Positions 1 through 7,849 of a stretch of DNA of 20,121 nucleotides are shown here, one piece after another (within the stretch, counting starts at the first letter, position 1; every line of letters begins with the position of its first letter). The DNA lies in IMG/VR virus record IMGVR_UViG_2778261674_000018, positions 1 to 20,121 of that record. The stretch is one strand, 5' to 3'. The translations under genes and the position numbers were made by a program. The stretch is from a virus. Lineage: Duplodnaviria > Heunggongvirae > Uroviricota > Caudoviricetes. The notes beneath the pieces are model-generated. The model did not search any database. It was given only the letters and a program-made list of their open reading frames with translations, and was not told where the DNA came from.

Positions 1-210
1 ATGAAATTTGATGACTATCTGGATAAAATGTCACTTCTGGTGAATGAAGGAAAGCTCGAACCTGATATTTTAAGCAAAATGCGAGATGCTGCACCGAAAT
101 TAATTGACTTTGCTAAGTCGTTTGACCCAAACTCAAAGGAAAAGATTAAAATACTTACAGATACTTCTAATTTAATTTATGATTTGTTCGGGGTTAAATC
201 GGCGAAATAA
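1..210 (+). CDS. Hypothetical protein; may be the 3' part of a gene starting left of the window
   Basis: Open frame ending at 210 and followed by a hairpin terminator. The ATG at position 1 may be coincidental. AT-rich; no recognisable motif. Confidence 0.35.
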   Translation: MKFDDYLDKMSLLVNEGKLEPDILSKMRDAAPKLIDFAKSFDPNSKEKIKILTDTSNLIYDLFGVKSAK

Positions 211-247
211 TATGTGAAGTTCTTCGATGGTATGGAAGGCATTACAT

Positions 248-280
248 AAAAGAACCTAATACTTATTGGGTTCTTTTTTC
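248..280 (+). terminator. Rho-independent terminator
   Basis: Stem aaagaacc / ggttcttt with an 11-nt loop, followed by a T-run (gggttcttttttc). Confidence 0.5.
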
Positions 281-931
281 TTCTATCAGTGCCATTAGCA
301 GGAAGAGATATCACCGGAGTTTAATGTGTGATTTTTTATTTATCGTCGAACCTGGATTGTTTATCATTGTCCTTAACAAGGCTAACGGCTAATAAGATTA
401 TTTCCATCACTTCGTGAGAGCTTCATGCCTTGATTTGATCTCAATTTTCTTTTGCAATGAGACAGGCGCTTCCTGTTGTTATGGTATAGTACCCCGCTAT
501 TGAGCCTCCTGAACAGTGATGCTGAATAACATAACCCAATGATATATCGATAAAATAATCTCTACATTTGAAAATGCACGGTAATTCTGAAATGCAAAAA
601 ATCAACCAAACCAGCGCAATGCCTGAAAAAACTGACGTTCACTGGAGTGGTCGGTTTAGCGTTGCACCAATGCTCGATAGGATGTATCGTTGTTGAAAAA
701 CAAGTAGTTATATACTCTGTGGGAGCCTATTGGGAACCTGTTATTCTTAGAAAGCATCATTTGCTCATCACTTCAATTGACCATGATTAAAGCCAGCTAT
801 AAACTTGACAAACAAGGTAACTGGTTGCTTAGGCCTAAGTGGGCAAACCATAAGAAGCTCATGTTGGTGATGAAGCAACCCATGAAGTATCGAGAATAAT
901 TACAAAGTTCACTATCTTTGAGGTTTCTTAT

Positions 932-1504
932 ATGTTTTGCGAAGAAAAAGTAGCTCAAATGGCTGCATACCTACTTCTTAAGCGAGGTGGGCGCATGGCA
1001 TATCTGAAATTGATGAAGCTGCTCTATCTGTCTAACCGCAAGTCGATTTTGAAGCATGGCAGGATGATCGGCGAAGATAGCCTTTACTCTATGAAATTTG
1101 GTCCGGTCATGTCGAATACGCTGAACTTGATTCGTGGTAAGGCTGAAGGCATTGGTGACTACTGGTACAACTTGATAGAGACGAACGGGCATGATGTGTT
1201 GTTGCGTTCAGATCCGAGGGAAATGGATGCAGACGAGGTCTTTGATGAGTTGAGCCGTGCAGATATCCGGATTTTAGATGAAATCTATTCTCTGTATGGG
1301 CATATGAACCGATTTGATCTCGCAAACATGACGCATTTAGAAAGCGTTTGTCCAGAGTGGCACAATCCTGGCAATTCTCGTAAGCCTATAGACCTGAAAG
1401 AAATGCTGATCAGTGAGGGTAAAAGCGAGGATGAGGCTAATCGTATAATTGGCAAAATGGAAGAATCTCAGAAACTTAAGGAATTTTCTTTGCAATTATC
1501 ATGA
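932..1504 (+). CDS. Panacea/DUF4065-like (SocA/GepA-type) putative antitoxin
   Basis: 190 aa. The N-terminus (AQMAAYLL...YLKLMKLLYL...KFGPVMSN) matches my recollection of the DUF4065 pattern (KLxKLLYxx ... GPV). GAGG sits 8 nt upstream of the ATG. The stop overlaps the next start (ATGA at 1501-1504). AT-rich relative to the phage backbone. Confidence 0.55.
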   Translation: MFCEEKVAQMAAYLLLKRGGRMAYLKLMKLLYLSNRKSILKHGRMIGEDSLYSMKFGPVMSNTLNLIRGKAEGIGDYWYNLIETNGHDVLLRSDPREMDADEVFDELSRADIRILDEIYSLYGHMNRFDLANMTHLESVCPEWHNPGNSRKPIDLKEMLISEGKSEDEANRIIGKMEESQKLKEFSLQLS

Positions 1505-1920
1505 CGGATTATCAGCCATACAGGAAAGGAACTGTGCTTGCCCCAACTGGGCCATGCAATCATCTTCATGTGATTTGTAATGATCCTGTTTATTACCCCG
1601 TTAACGATTGTTATTGTGTTTTAGTTGTTAATATTTCTAGTATCAAGGATGGTGTCCCCCACGATCCGTCTTGCGTCTTGAATTCTGGTGATCATCGCTT
1701 TATCAAGCATCCAAGTTATGTTGTTTACGCTGAAGCTATAATTTGGCGAGTGGATAACATGGTTAGAAAGCAGCGATCGGGTGAGATTTCTGTTCATGAT
1801 GATATGCCAGAAGCTACATTCAATAGAATTCTGGACGGTTTTGATATATCTGATGAAGTTACGCCAAAGAACCTTAAATTTAAAAATAAATATTGCGTAT
1901 CATCTATTGATGATGAGTAA
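1501..1920 (+). CDS. Unknown 139-aa protein, translationally coupled to the Panacea-like gene; putative toxin/effector partner
   Basis: ATGA start/stop overlap with the upstream gene. Very AT-rich. Cys/His-containing N-terminus (PTGPCNHLHVICND); I do not recognise a family. Confidence 0.5.
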   Translation: MTDYQPYRKGTVLAPTGPCNHLHVICNDPVYYPVNDCYCVLVVNISSIKDGVPHDPSCVLNSGDHRFIKHPSYVVYAEAIIWRVDNMVRKQRSGEISVHDDMPEATFNRILDGFDISDEVTPKNLKFKNKYCVSSIDDE

Positions 1921-1959
1921 ACAACAGGAATTTTTTCGGTATAGCTTCTGGAGTTTTCT

Positions 1960-2133
1960 ATGGAAGATCAAAAAGCAACCAAGCCACAGGTTAAGTTCGA
2001 CACAATGAAAGCATTCGCAGGTATGGGGGCTGCTGTTGAAGTTCTGATGAAGGCTGTTCCTAATGCGTTCACTCACGCTACTGTCTCTGGTAAAGAGCAG
2101 CAGGGTAAGCTTCGTCGTCGCAAAGCAGCATGA
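1960..2133 (+). CDS. Small 57-aa hypothetical protein
   Basis: Below the 60-aa cut-off of the ORF track; I translated it by hand (MEDQKATKPQVKFDTMKAFAGMGAAVEVLMKAVPNAFTHATVSGKEQQGKLRRRKAA). GGAG lies 6 nt upstream of the ATG and a strong terminator follows directly. Confidence 0.4.
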   Translation: MEDQKATKPQVKFDTMKAFAGMGAAVEVLMKAVPNAFTHATVSGKEQQGKLRRRKAA

Positions 2134-2152
2134 TCATAGCTGGTGCTTTTTG

Positions 2153-2180
2153 AAAACCCGCCTTCAGGCGGGTTTTTTCT
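2153..2180. terminator. Bidirectional rho-independent terminator between convergent units
   Basis: aaaacccgcc-ttcag-ggcgggtttttt: 6-bp GC stem flanked by an A-run and a T-run, so it is functional in either orientation. It sits between the stop at 2133 (+) and the stop at 2181 (-). Confidence 0.65.
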
Positions 2181-2462
2181 TTAGTGATGTTCTTTGCCCT
2201 TCTGTTTGACTGTTCTGACCTGTTCCCACTCGATACGTCCTTCTTCTCGCCTTTTGTCTATGTATTCCGCAAGATCCTGAATATTGATGCAACGTTTTGC
2301 TTTTTGTGATGTGCCGATGCGATATGTTGGAACGGGCAACTTACAAGCGTTTGCTTTTGCTTCTGCCGTGGCTGGACTCATACCAAAGTACTTTTGGCTA
2401 ACTGCTGAGAGTTCAATGTTTGGGGTATTGAATTCAGCCATCAGTAAAAACAAGGTGTTCAT
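2181..2462 (-). CDS. PrtN-family DNA-binding protein (pyocin-activator-like / excisionase-like)
   Basis: MNTLFLLMAEF...YFGMSPATAEAKANACKLPVPTYRIGTSQKAKRCINIQDLAEYID resembles PrtN-family prophage proteins. Start chosen at the internal ATG preceded by GGAG with a 6-nt spacer; the ORF track starts 9 codons earlier. Confidence 0.6.
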   Translation of the reverse strand: MNTLFLLMAEFNTPNIELSAVSQKYFGMSPATAEAKANACKLPVPTYRIGTSQKAKRCINIQDLAEYIDKRREEGRIEWEQVRTVKQKGKEHH

Positions 2463-2498
2463 AATTTTCTCCATCAAAACCGGCTGCACCCGGGAAAA

Positions 2499-3071
2499 TT
2501 ATAATTCTGTGCTGGTGGCAGGAATTAATTTCTGCCAGATAGCGGAAACATATTTTGCCTGATGACGGGCATCGGCCAGGGCGTTGTGCCGTTCGCCATC
2601 GAAAGGCATGTCCATTTTTGGGTCGAATCCGATGGAACGCCCAAGCGTAACGATCGTGCGCGCATCGTGATCATTCCAGTACGCCCATGGGCAGATTTGT
2701 CCTGCTCGCTCATAAGCTCCGCGTAAAATTACGTTGTCGAAGTTGGCTCCGTTACCCCAGACTTTTAAATATTTCGTATTGTCTGCGTGCCGATTAATGA
2801 AATGGCTCAGTTCAGAGAGTGCATCGCTGATCGACAAAGTATCATCAATACAGATTGCAGCTCGTGCTTCAGGGCTTTGTTTCAACCACCACAGGATGGT
2901 GTCGCCGTCAGGTGTGGCCCCTTGCTCCATAGCACTGTCCAAGCTGACAGCCGCATAGAATTCTTGTCCGATGTCTCCGGTTTCTGGGGTGAAGAACACT
3001 GCGCCAATAGAAACGATCGGCGCATCCTTATTTTTCCCCATCGTCTCAAGGTCGATCATTAAGTTGTTCAT
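2499..3071 (-). CDS. DEDD-type 3'-5' exonuclease (DnaQ-like fold)
   Basis: Motifs MIDLETMG (Exo I D/E), WGNGANFD (Exo II), H...D (Exo III). Start at MNNLMIDLE is preceded by AGGAGG; the track ORF extends 28 codons upstream without support. The start overlaps the stop of the upstream gene (TGATG). Confidence 0.7.
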   Translation of the reverse strand: MNNLMIDLETMGKNKDAPIVSIGAVFFTPETGDIGQEFYAAVSLDSAMEQGATPDGDTILWWLKQSPEARAAICIDDTLSISDALSELSHFINRHADNTKYLKVWGNGANFDNVILRGAYERAGQICPWAYWNDHDARTIVTLGRSIGFDPKMDMPFDGERHNALADARHQAKYVSAIWQKLIPATSTEL

Positions 3072-3352
3072 CACTTTACCTCCTGCGGCGGTTCTTGTAT
3101 TGGCATCGGCTGAGCTATATATAGCGGCTGAACATACCAGCCCTTTGATAACCAACTGTCAGCAACGTTTTTACTTCTGGTTATTGCCGGAATACCTAAG
3201 CCATTGTCTGAATGCAGCCATGCCACCGGATCCTCTTCCAGCGATGCCAGAGCAATTTCATAAGCACGGCGCTCAACATTGTCTCGCACGTCCATGCTGC
3301 TGATTCGTTCTTTGATTTCTTTAATCAGTTCTTTATCGGTAAATGTGGTCAT
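3071..3352 (-). CDS. Hypothetical phage protein (93 aa)
   Basis: Translationally coupled at both ends within the leftward operon; no recognisable motif. Confidence 0.45.
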   Translation of the reverse strand: MTTFTDKELIKEIKERISSMDVRDNVERRAYEIALASLEEDPVAWLHSDNGLGIPAITRSKNVADSWLSKGWYVQPLYIAQPMPIQEPPQEVK

Positions 3353-3714
3353 TATGCTCCAGCCTCCGGTGCTTTTGGCATTACAGCCCAGTGAGTGATA
3401 TTGACGTTTTCAAGGTCCCCGACCTGAAATGTCCACTGCCATTCTCCGGTTTCTTTTTGCCCCCATGTATACCAGAGAGAACGCCAGCCAATCAGCCAGC
3501 CTTCTCCATTAGCATCAAATAACAGAATACTTTCGTTCGCTGGCGGCAGTTCAGCTGACACTGGTATTACTTTGTTTTCCAGTGCTGCACATTTAGCTTC
3601 AAGCGCATCAAATTTACGCACCAGGTACTCAGCATTTGTTTCGTTCACTTTCAGATCTCGCGGTACACATTTCCCGCGAAGAAACCCTTCCATTTCGAAA
3701 ACATTCATGCGCAT
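3352..3714 (-). CDS. DUF551-like phage protein
   Basis: The C-terminal Trp-rich segment ending ...ITHWAVMPKAPEA matches the DUF551 C-terminal signature (THW-MPLPEPP) as I recall it. GGAG lies 8 nt upstream of the ATG. Confidence 0.5.
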   Translation of the reverse strand: MRMNVFEMEGFLRGKCVPRDLKVNETNAEYLVRKFDALEAKCAALENKVIPVSAELPPANESILLFDANGEGWLIGWRSLWYTWGQKETGEWQWTFQVGDLENVNITHWAVMPKAPEAGA

Positions 3715-4241
3715 TTGCGTAACTCCGATAACTCGTTAAAACGTTCCATAAACATCCCATAGGCATGGCCTGGCGACAGTGGAATAACTTTGAACATCTC
3801 TGTTGCCGGGATACCTTCCAGTACAGGCCAGAAAGAGCCATCATCAAGCCCGAGATCGCGGCGTTCGGTTGCCAGCATGATGAGATCGGCATATTTCACG
3901 GGCGTACTCATAACCGGGGGTAACCCGTATTTCTCACGGATTACGGCGTCTATTTTTTCTTCCATCCGTTTATAGTCAGGAAGAAGGCGTTTCAGTGGTG
4001 CGGGAATGTCCTGGCAATACGCTTCTGTTGCATCATGCATTAACGCTTCAAAAGCAAATTCGTGCGGTACCAGCTGGCTGCAAAGCACCGCATGTTGGGC
4101 GACGCTGTAGAAGTGTGAAAGATGTCCTGCAAAGCGACAGATATTTGAAAGGGAAACCGCGATATCGTTAATAACGATGTCATCTTTATTTATCCTGTCA
4201 TAATAAAAATGCTTCCCGGAAAAAGTTTTAATAAATGACAT
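3705..4241 (-). CDS. HD-domain phosphohydrolase (YfbR/YfdR-like nucleotidase family)
   Basis: H...H and MHDATEAY motifs (HD-domain metal ligands). Start at MSFIKTF is preceded by GGAG; the track ORF extends 28 codons further upstream. Confidence 0.6.
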   Translation of the reverse strand: MSFIKTFSGKHFYYDRINKDDIVINDIAVSLSNICRFAGHLSHFYSVAQHAVLCSQLVPHEFAFEALMHDATEAYCQDIPAPLKRLLPDYKRMEEKIDAVIREKYGLPPVMSTPVKYADLIMLATERRDLGLDDGSFWPVLEGIPATEMFKVIPLSPGHAYGMFMERFNELSELRKCA

Positions 4242-4330
4242 TTTGTTCTCCACGTATATGCGCTGCACCGCGCTGAATTTTGATTGCAGCAATCCAGCCC
4301 ATTTGACATGGGATGATTGCTGCAATTTTT

Positions 4331-5248
4331 TTAAGTTGTTGGATTTTGGCTTTTATCTTCTTTGTAAGAAAGAAGGTCACACATCAAATTAACTACCTTG
4401 CTGAATTGGAAAAGGTCAGTGCCAGTCTGATGACGCCACTGGAATGCTTTATCATCTTCATCATTAAATGTCTGAGATTGAGTATTGATGCGCGAAAAAT
4501 GGAAATTTTCGGTAAGAATGAAGGTCACACCGCAACCGGATAACTCCATTTTATCAGCAGTGAAACTACTACTAAGGCTATCGGCCAGTTCGCTTTGAAT
4601 TGACTCATGCTCAGCTGAGTAGCGAATAATTTCCTTTTGATCTGCGTAGCGTGATAGCTGAATATAATTCCCGACAGTGAATCCTTCAAATGCATTGGCT
4701 GCACCATTGATGTAGTTCTTCAGGCGTGTAGTCAGTCCATTCTTGATATCACTGATGTTGATTGTTTCTGTTTTCACTGAACCGACAACCTTAATCAGCA
4801 TTGCGCATACCATACCGGCTATTATTTTATTGGTTGTGTTGATTACCAATAATTTCTCATCAGTGCTGTACAATGCAAGAATCAGCGTAGACTTAACAAA
4901 TGCCTGTTTGCATAGATCTACTCGTACGTTATCAATAATGGCCAGTCGTTCGGCACGCTTTAATTTATTCCCGGACATATTTTCGATTGTTTGGATTCGA
5001 GAATTAGCTTCTTTCATGACGACATGTCGGGGAATTATTTTCTGATCATGACGGATTACCATTGCGTACCCACCAGATATCGGAGTTACCAGTTCACCAG
5101 TGACAGGATTCTCTACAAAAGAGGACCGTGAAAATTCTGTTTCCCCGATTTCAGAATAAGGGAGTTCGAGAAGATGCCCTTCAATAGCCTGTATACTAGG
5201 TAATGTTGCTCGGTACACAATTGCGTTACGAAATTTTGGTAATTTCAT
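4331..5248 (-). CDS. rdgC: RdgC-like recombination-associated protein
   Basis: MKLPKFRNAIVYRATLP... aligns with the RdgC N-terminus (MLWFKNLMVYRL...); about 306 aa, typical RdgC length. Start at the internal ATG with a GAGGAAAA RBS; the upstream 50 codons of the track ORF are probably not translated. Confidence 0.65.
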   Translation of the reverse strand: MKLPKFRNAIVYRATLPSIQAIEGHLLELPYSEIGETEFSRSSFVENPVTGELVTPISGGYAMVIRHDQKIIPRHVVMKEANSRIQTIENMSGNKLKRAERLAIIDNVRVDLCKQAFVKSTLILALYSTDEKLLVINTTNKIIAGMVCAMLIKVVGSVKTETINISDIKNGLTTRLKNYINGAANAFEGFTVGNYIQLSRYADQKEIIRYSAEHESIQSELADSLSSSFTADKMELSGCGVTFILTENFHFSRINTQSQTFNDEDDKAFQWRHQTGTDLFQFSKVVNLMCDLLSYKEDKSQNPTT

Positions 5249-5569
5249 TCTATTTTCCTCTGCACAAGATATTAGTTTCTCCACAAAACAGAGAAGAACA
5301 CCTGCGGTGGCAGCCGCCCGGATGGATTGGGTTATGAGCCCGTCGTCCGGTGATGCTCTTCTCTGTTTTGTAAAAAGAGCGGTACCAGCCGGAAGCAAGT
5401 GTACAAACTGGTACCGCCAAAGCAGTGGCTGTTGTGGTGACCGGTGCTGATCTCCGGCTTGCGGTTATTTCAGACTCTCACGGGCATTTAATTGCCCCGC
5501 CGAACAGCTCTTTTCCGCAATAGCTGCAATGTCTTTCGCGCATCAGCCTGCGCATTCACCACAACTCTA

Positions 5570-5640
5570 AAAACAAATGTAGGATATCCAACATGTGAGT
5601 GTCAAGAGTTTATGTTGGTTATCCTACATAAAAAGATAGG
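5570..5640 (-). promoter_or_regulatory. Leftward early promoter (PL-like) with two operator palindromes (OL)
   Basis: On the - strand: TTGACA, 18-nt spacer, TACATT. Near-palindromes ATGTAGGATATCCAACAT and ATGTTGGTTATCCTACAT; the one between -35 and -10 covers the -10 element. A near-identical block occurs at OR. Confidence 0.6.
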
Positions 5641-5645
5641 CTCAT

Positions 5646-5676
5646 AAAAAAACCGGGGATACCCCGGTTTTGCGAT
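5646..5676 (-). terminator. Rho-independent terminator downstream of the repressor gene
   Basis: aaaaaaaccgggg-at-accccggtttt; on the - strand a GC stem followed by a 7-nt U-run immediately after the repressor stop. Confidence 0.6.
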
Positions 5677-5691
5677 AGTGAGGAAGATGTG

Positions 5692-6345
5692 TCAAAAATC
5701 CATTATTACTTGTTTGACAAGACCAACTATTCTGCAGTTCTCACCGCATTCAATAGTTTTATAGTTAGGATTTAGTGGGACGAGATACCTGTTCGGCCAG
5801 TCCTCAACAAATTTTTTGAGTGTCGCTTCTTGCCCACCATTGATATGGGCAACAACGATTTTTCCGTTAATACACTCTGTATCAATAATATCTGGCTCTA
5901 CGATAACGATAGAACCTTCTGGTATCGATGGTGAGCCGAGGGGATTGGTCATTGAATCACCACGGACCCGTAGTGCAAATGCCATTTCTGATACAAGGGC
6001 GGTAGTATAAACCCACTCTTCAGCATCTTCTTTCCTGACACCAGGCTCCGTCATTGTCCATGAACCCGCCTGAACCCACGAGATGAGGGGGACTTTTTTA
6101 ACTGCGAATATTTCAGGTTTTAGATTTATCTTTGGTTCAGGCGAGCCTTTTCCGCTAACAAGCCACAGAGGATCGCATTTAAGTGCGTTGGCTAGGGCTT
6201 GAAGGTTGGCTCCATTTGGTTGGTAGTCGTCCTTTTCCCATCCAGTAACCGTGACACGGTTCACACCAGTCAAATCAGCCAGTGCTTGTTGTGTCAGGTT
6301 CAGTTCTTTTCGCCTTTGGCGAATACGATCACTCATGTTCATCAT
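5692..6345 (-). CDS. cI: CI-like prophage repressor (HTH plus S24/LexA-type autopeptidase domain)
   Basis: N-terminal HTH (LTQQALADLTGVNRVTVTGWE), Ala-Gly cleavage site (VQAGSW), catalytic Ser in GDSM and a downstream Lys (LKKF). Sits between two operator clusters. The exact start among the MMNM codons is uncertain. Confidence 0.8.
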   Translation of the reverse strand: MMNMSDRIRQRRKELNLTQQALADLTGVNRVTVTGWEKDDYQPNGANLQALANALKCDPLWLVSGKGSPEPKINLKPEIFAVKKVPLISWVQAGSWTMTEPGVRKEDAEEWVYTTALVSEMAFALRVRGDSMTNPLGSPSIPEGSIVIVEPDIIDTECINGKIVVAHINGGQEATLKKFVEDWPNRYLVPLNPNYKTIECGENCRIVGLVKQVIMDF

Positions 6346-6349
6346 GTAG

Positions 6350-6420
6350 GCAATCCTACCACATGCCAATGTAGGATTCTTGACATTGGCATGTTGGATA
6401 TCCTACATTTCTGCTTAACG
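6350..6420 (+). promoter_or_regulatory. OR operator cluster with rightward PR-like promoter (and presumed divergent PRM)
   Basis: TTGACA (6390-6395), 18-nt spacer, TACATT (6414-6419). Three palindromes around a GTAGGAT/ATCCTAC core. The block mirrors the PL block almost base for base. Confidence 0.6.
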
Positions 6421-6440
6421 TAATTTAACGGGAGACAGAA

Positions 6441-6638
6441 ATGCGGAAATCCGACGTGATTAATTATTTCGGCGGAGTTTGTAAAACCGCCGAAGCCCTA
6501 GGTATTAAGCATCCGTCTGTTTCAGAGTGGCCTGAGATTATTCCTGAAGGCCGAGCGTACCAGTTAGAAAAAATTACTAACGGGAAACTGAAAGTTGACG
6601 TGTCTTTATATCAAAAGACTAACAGTGCTGCGGCATAA
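6441..6638 (+). CDS. cro: Cro-like / YdaS-family HTH regulator
   Basis: 65 aa, immediately downstream of PR/OR and divergent from the repressor. INYFGG..KTAEALGIKHPSVSEW pattern typical of Cro/YdaS-type HTH. RBS GGGAGA. Confidence 0.65.
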   Translation: MRKSDVINYFGGVCKTAEALGIKHPSVSEWPEIIPEGRAYQLEKITNGKLKVDVSLYQKTNSAAA

Positions 6639-6665
6639 AAACACCACAGAAATGAGGAATTAACC

Positions 6666-7250
6666 GTGGGTAAAGAACCTGAATGGAAAGTTGATAAACA
6701 ACCAGCATGGCTGGTGGCAGCAATACGAAGAACGATTGCTGATTTACCTCATGGCTATGAGGAAGCAGCAGAAATTCTTGGTTTGTATAAATCTGATGAT
6801 ATCACCCCAGCAAAAGATCAATTGCATAACAGACTACGTAGCGGTGGGGATCAAATTTTTCCACTTGAGTGGGCCATGGTTTTACAGGATGCCAGTGGTA
6901 CCAGGCATGTAACGGATGCAATAGCCCGTCGTAGTAATGGGGTGTTTGTGCCGCTGGTGGTCATTGATGACATTGACAATGGTGACATTAATCAGCGGCT
7001 GATGGAGTCAATAGAATGGATTGGCAAGCATTCCCAGTACTTACGCAAGGCAACTGCTGATGGAGTTATTGACCAAGCTGAGCGTGAGCAAATCGAAGAG
7101 AACAGCTACCAAGTAATGGCGAAGTGGCAGGAGCATTTAACACTGTTATTTCGTGTTTTTTGTGCGCCGGAAAAGAGTAACGCCCGCGAGTGTGCAGCTC
7201 CGGGCGTCGTGGCGTCGATTGCTTCTGTCTGTGGAGAAACTAACGCATGA
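6666..7250 (+). CDS. CII-like / YdaT-like early regulatory protein
   Basis: Position directly after cro, as for lambdoid cII analogues. The family assignment is from memory of YdaT/CII-type proteins and is weak. Confidence 0.4.
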   Translation: MGKEPEWKVDKQPAWLVAAIRRTIADLPHGYEEAAEILGLYKSDDITPAKDQLHNRLRSGGDQIFPLEWAMVLQDASGTRHVTDAIARRSNGVFVPLVVIDDIDNGDINQRLMESIEWIGKHSQYLRKATADGVIDQAEREQIEENSYQVMAKWQEHLTLLFRVFCAPEKSNARECAAPGVVASIASVCGETNA

Positions 7251-7395
7251 ACAGTTTAACGGCAAATAACCGTTTGTCGCAACAGCTGGTGGTCAGTGTC
7301 ACTGAACACCTGTTGTTACGGCATGAATGCAGATTACCAAATCACCTGGCTGTAAGTAACCACAGAGAACTTTACCTGACTGTGGGGGGCGAGTT

Positions 7396-7575
7396 GTGCA
7401 GGAACTTAACCGCTGGTTTCGTGACGGAAGAGGGCTTTATGTCCATGTTATTCGTTGGGAGCCAGAAACACAGCGCGTTATCTATCTTCGCAAAGACTAC
7501 CCGCATGAGTGCTTTAGTCCTTTGTGGAAATTCAGGCGTGATTTTGTTGAGTGTGAAGGACCACCAGCACATTGA
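7396..7575 (+). CDS. Small 59-aa hypothetical protein (GTG start)
   Basis: Hand-translated: VQELNRWFRDGRGLYVHVIRWEPETQRVIYLRKDYPHECFSPLWKFRRDFVECEGPPAH, a protein-like composition. A G-rich RBS lies 6 nt upstream. It lies out of frame inside the implausible N-terminal extension of track ORF 7247..8395. Confidence 0.35.
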   Translation: MQELNRWFRDGRGLYVHVIRWEPETQRVIYLRKDYPHECFSPLWKFRRDFVECEGPPAH

Positions 7576-7654
7576 TTCTGCCATTCCGGGACGTTACACT
7601 GTTCAGGCACCTTATAAAGCGGGTGCCGGGATTGGCGTCCTGGAGAAGGCTACC

Positions 7655-7690
7655 GCGTACAACCGCGTAGATGCGGTTTTTTTGTACGCA
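7655..7690 (+). terminator. Rho-independent terminator-like structure in the early-right operon (tR-like)
   Basis: ccgc-gtagat-gcgg followed by TTTTTTT, nested inside an outer inverted repeat gcgtacaa / ttgtacgc. Confidence 0.4.
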
Positions 7691-7849
7691 TTATTTTGTC
7701 ACGCCCAAATTATGGTGGGGCGTACAGGGGCATCGCAAGATGCGCCGGTAAGGGTAGCCGCCGGTAACGCCAACTCTGTACGTCTCACCACCTCTATGAT
7801 TGGCGTCTTATGTGGTGAGTTTTTTAAGCTTGCTACCGAGGCTGCCATT

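Noticed and set aside
1781-2008. 75-aa ORF overlapping the 3' end of the 139-aa gene
   Set aside because: Alternate frame of the coupled gene; the 57-aa ORF at 1960-2133 with its own RBS and terminator explains the downstream region better.
4313-4543. 76-aa ORF on the + strand
   Set aside because: Antisense to the RdgC-like gene and to its upstream gap; hydrophobic low-complexity translation with no RBS. Likely a frame artefact.
5482-5520. Lambda-type nutL (boxA followed by boxB)
   Set aside because: A GCTCTTT boxA-like string exists but on the wrong strand and in the wrong order relative to the hairpin for the leftward transcript; reported only as an unexplained leader hairpin.
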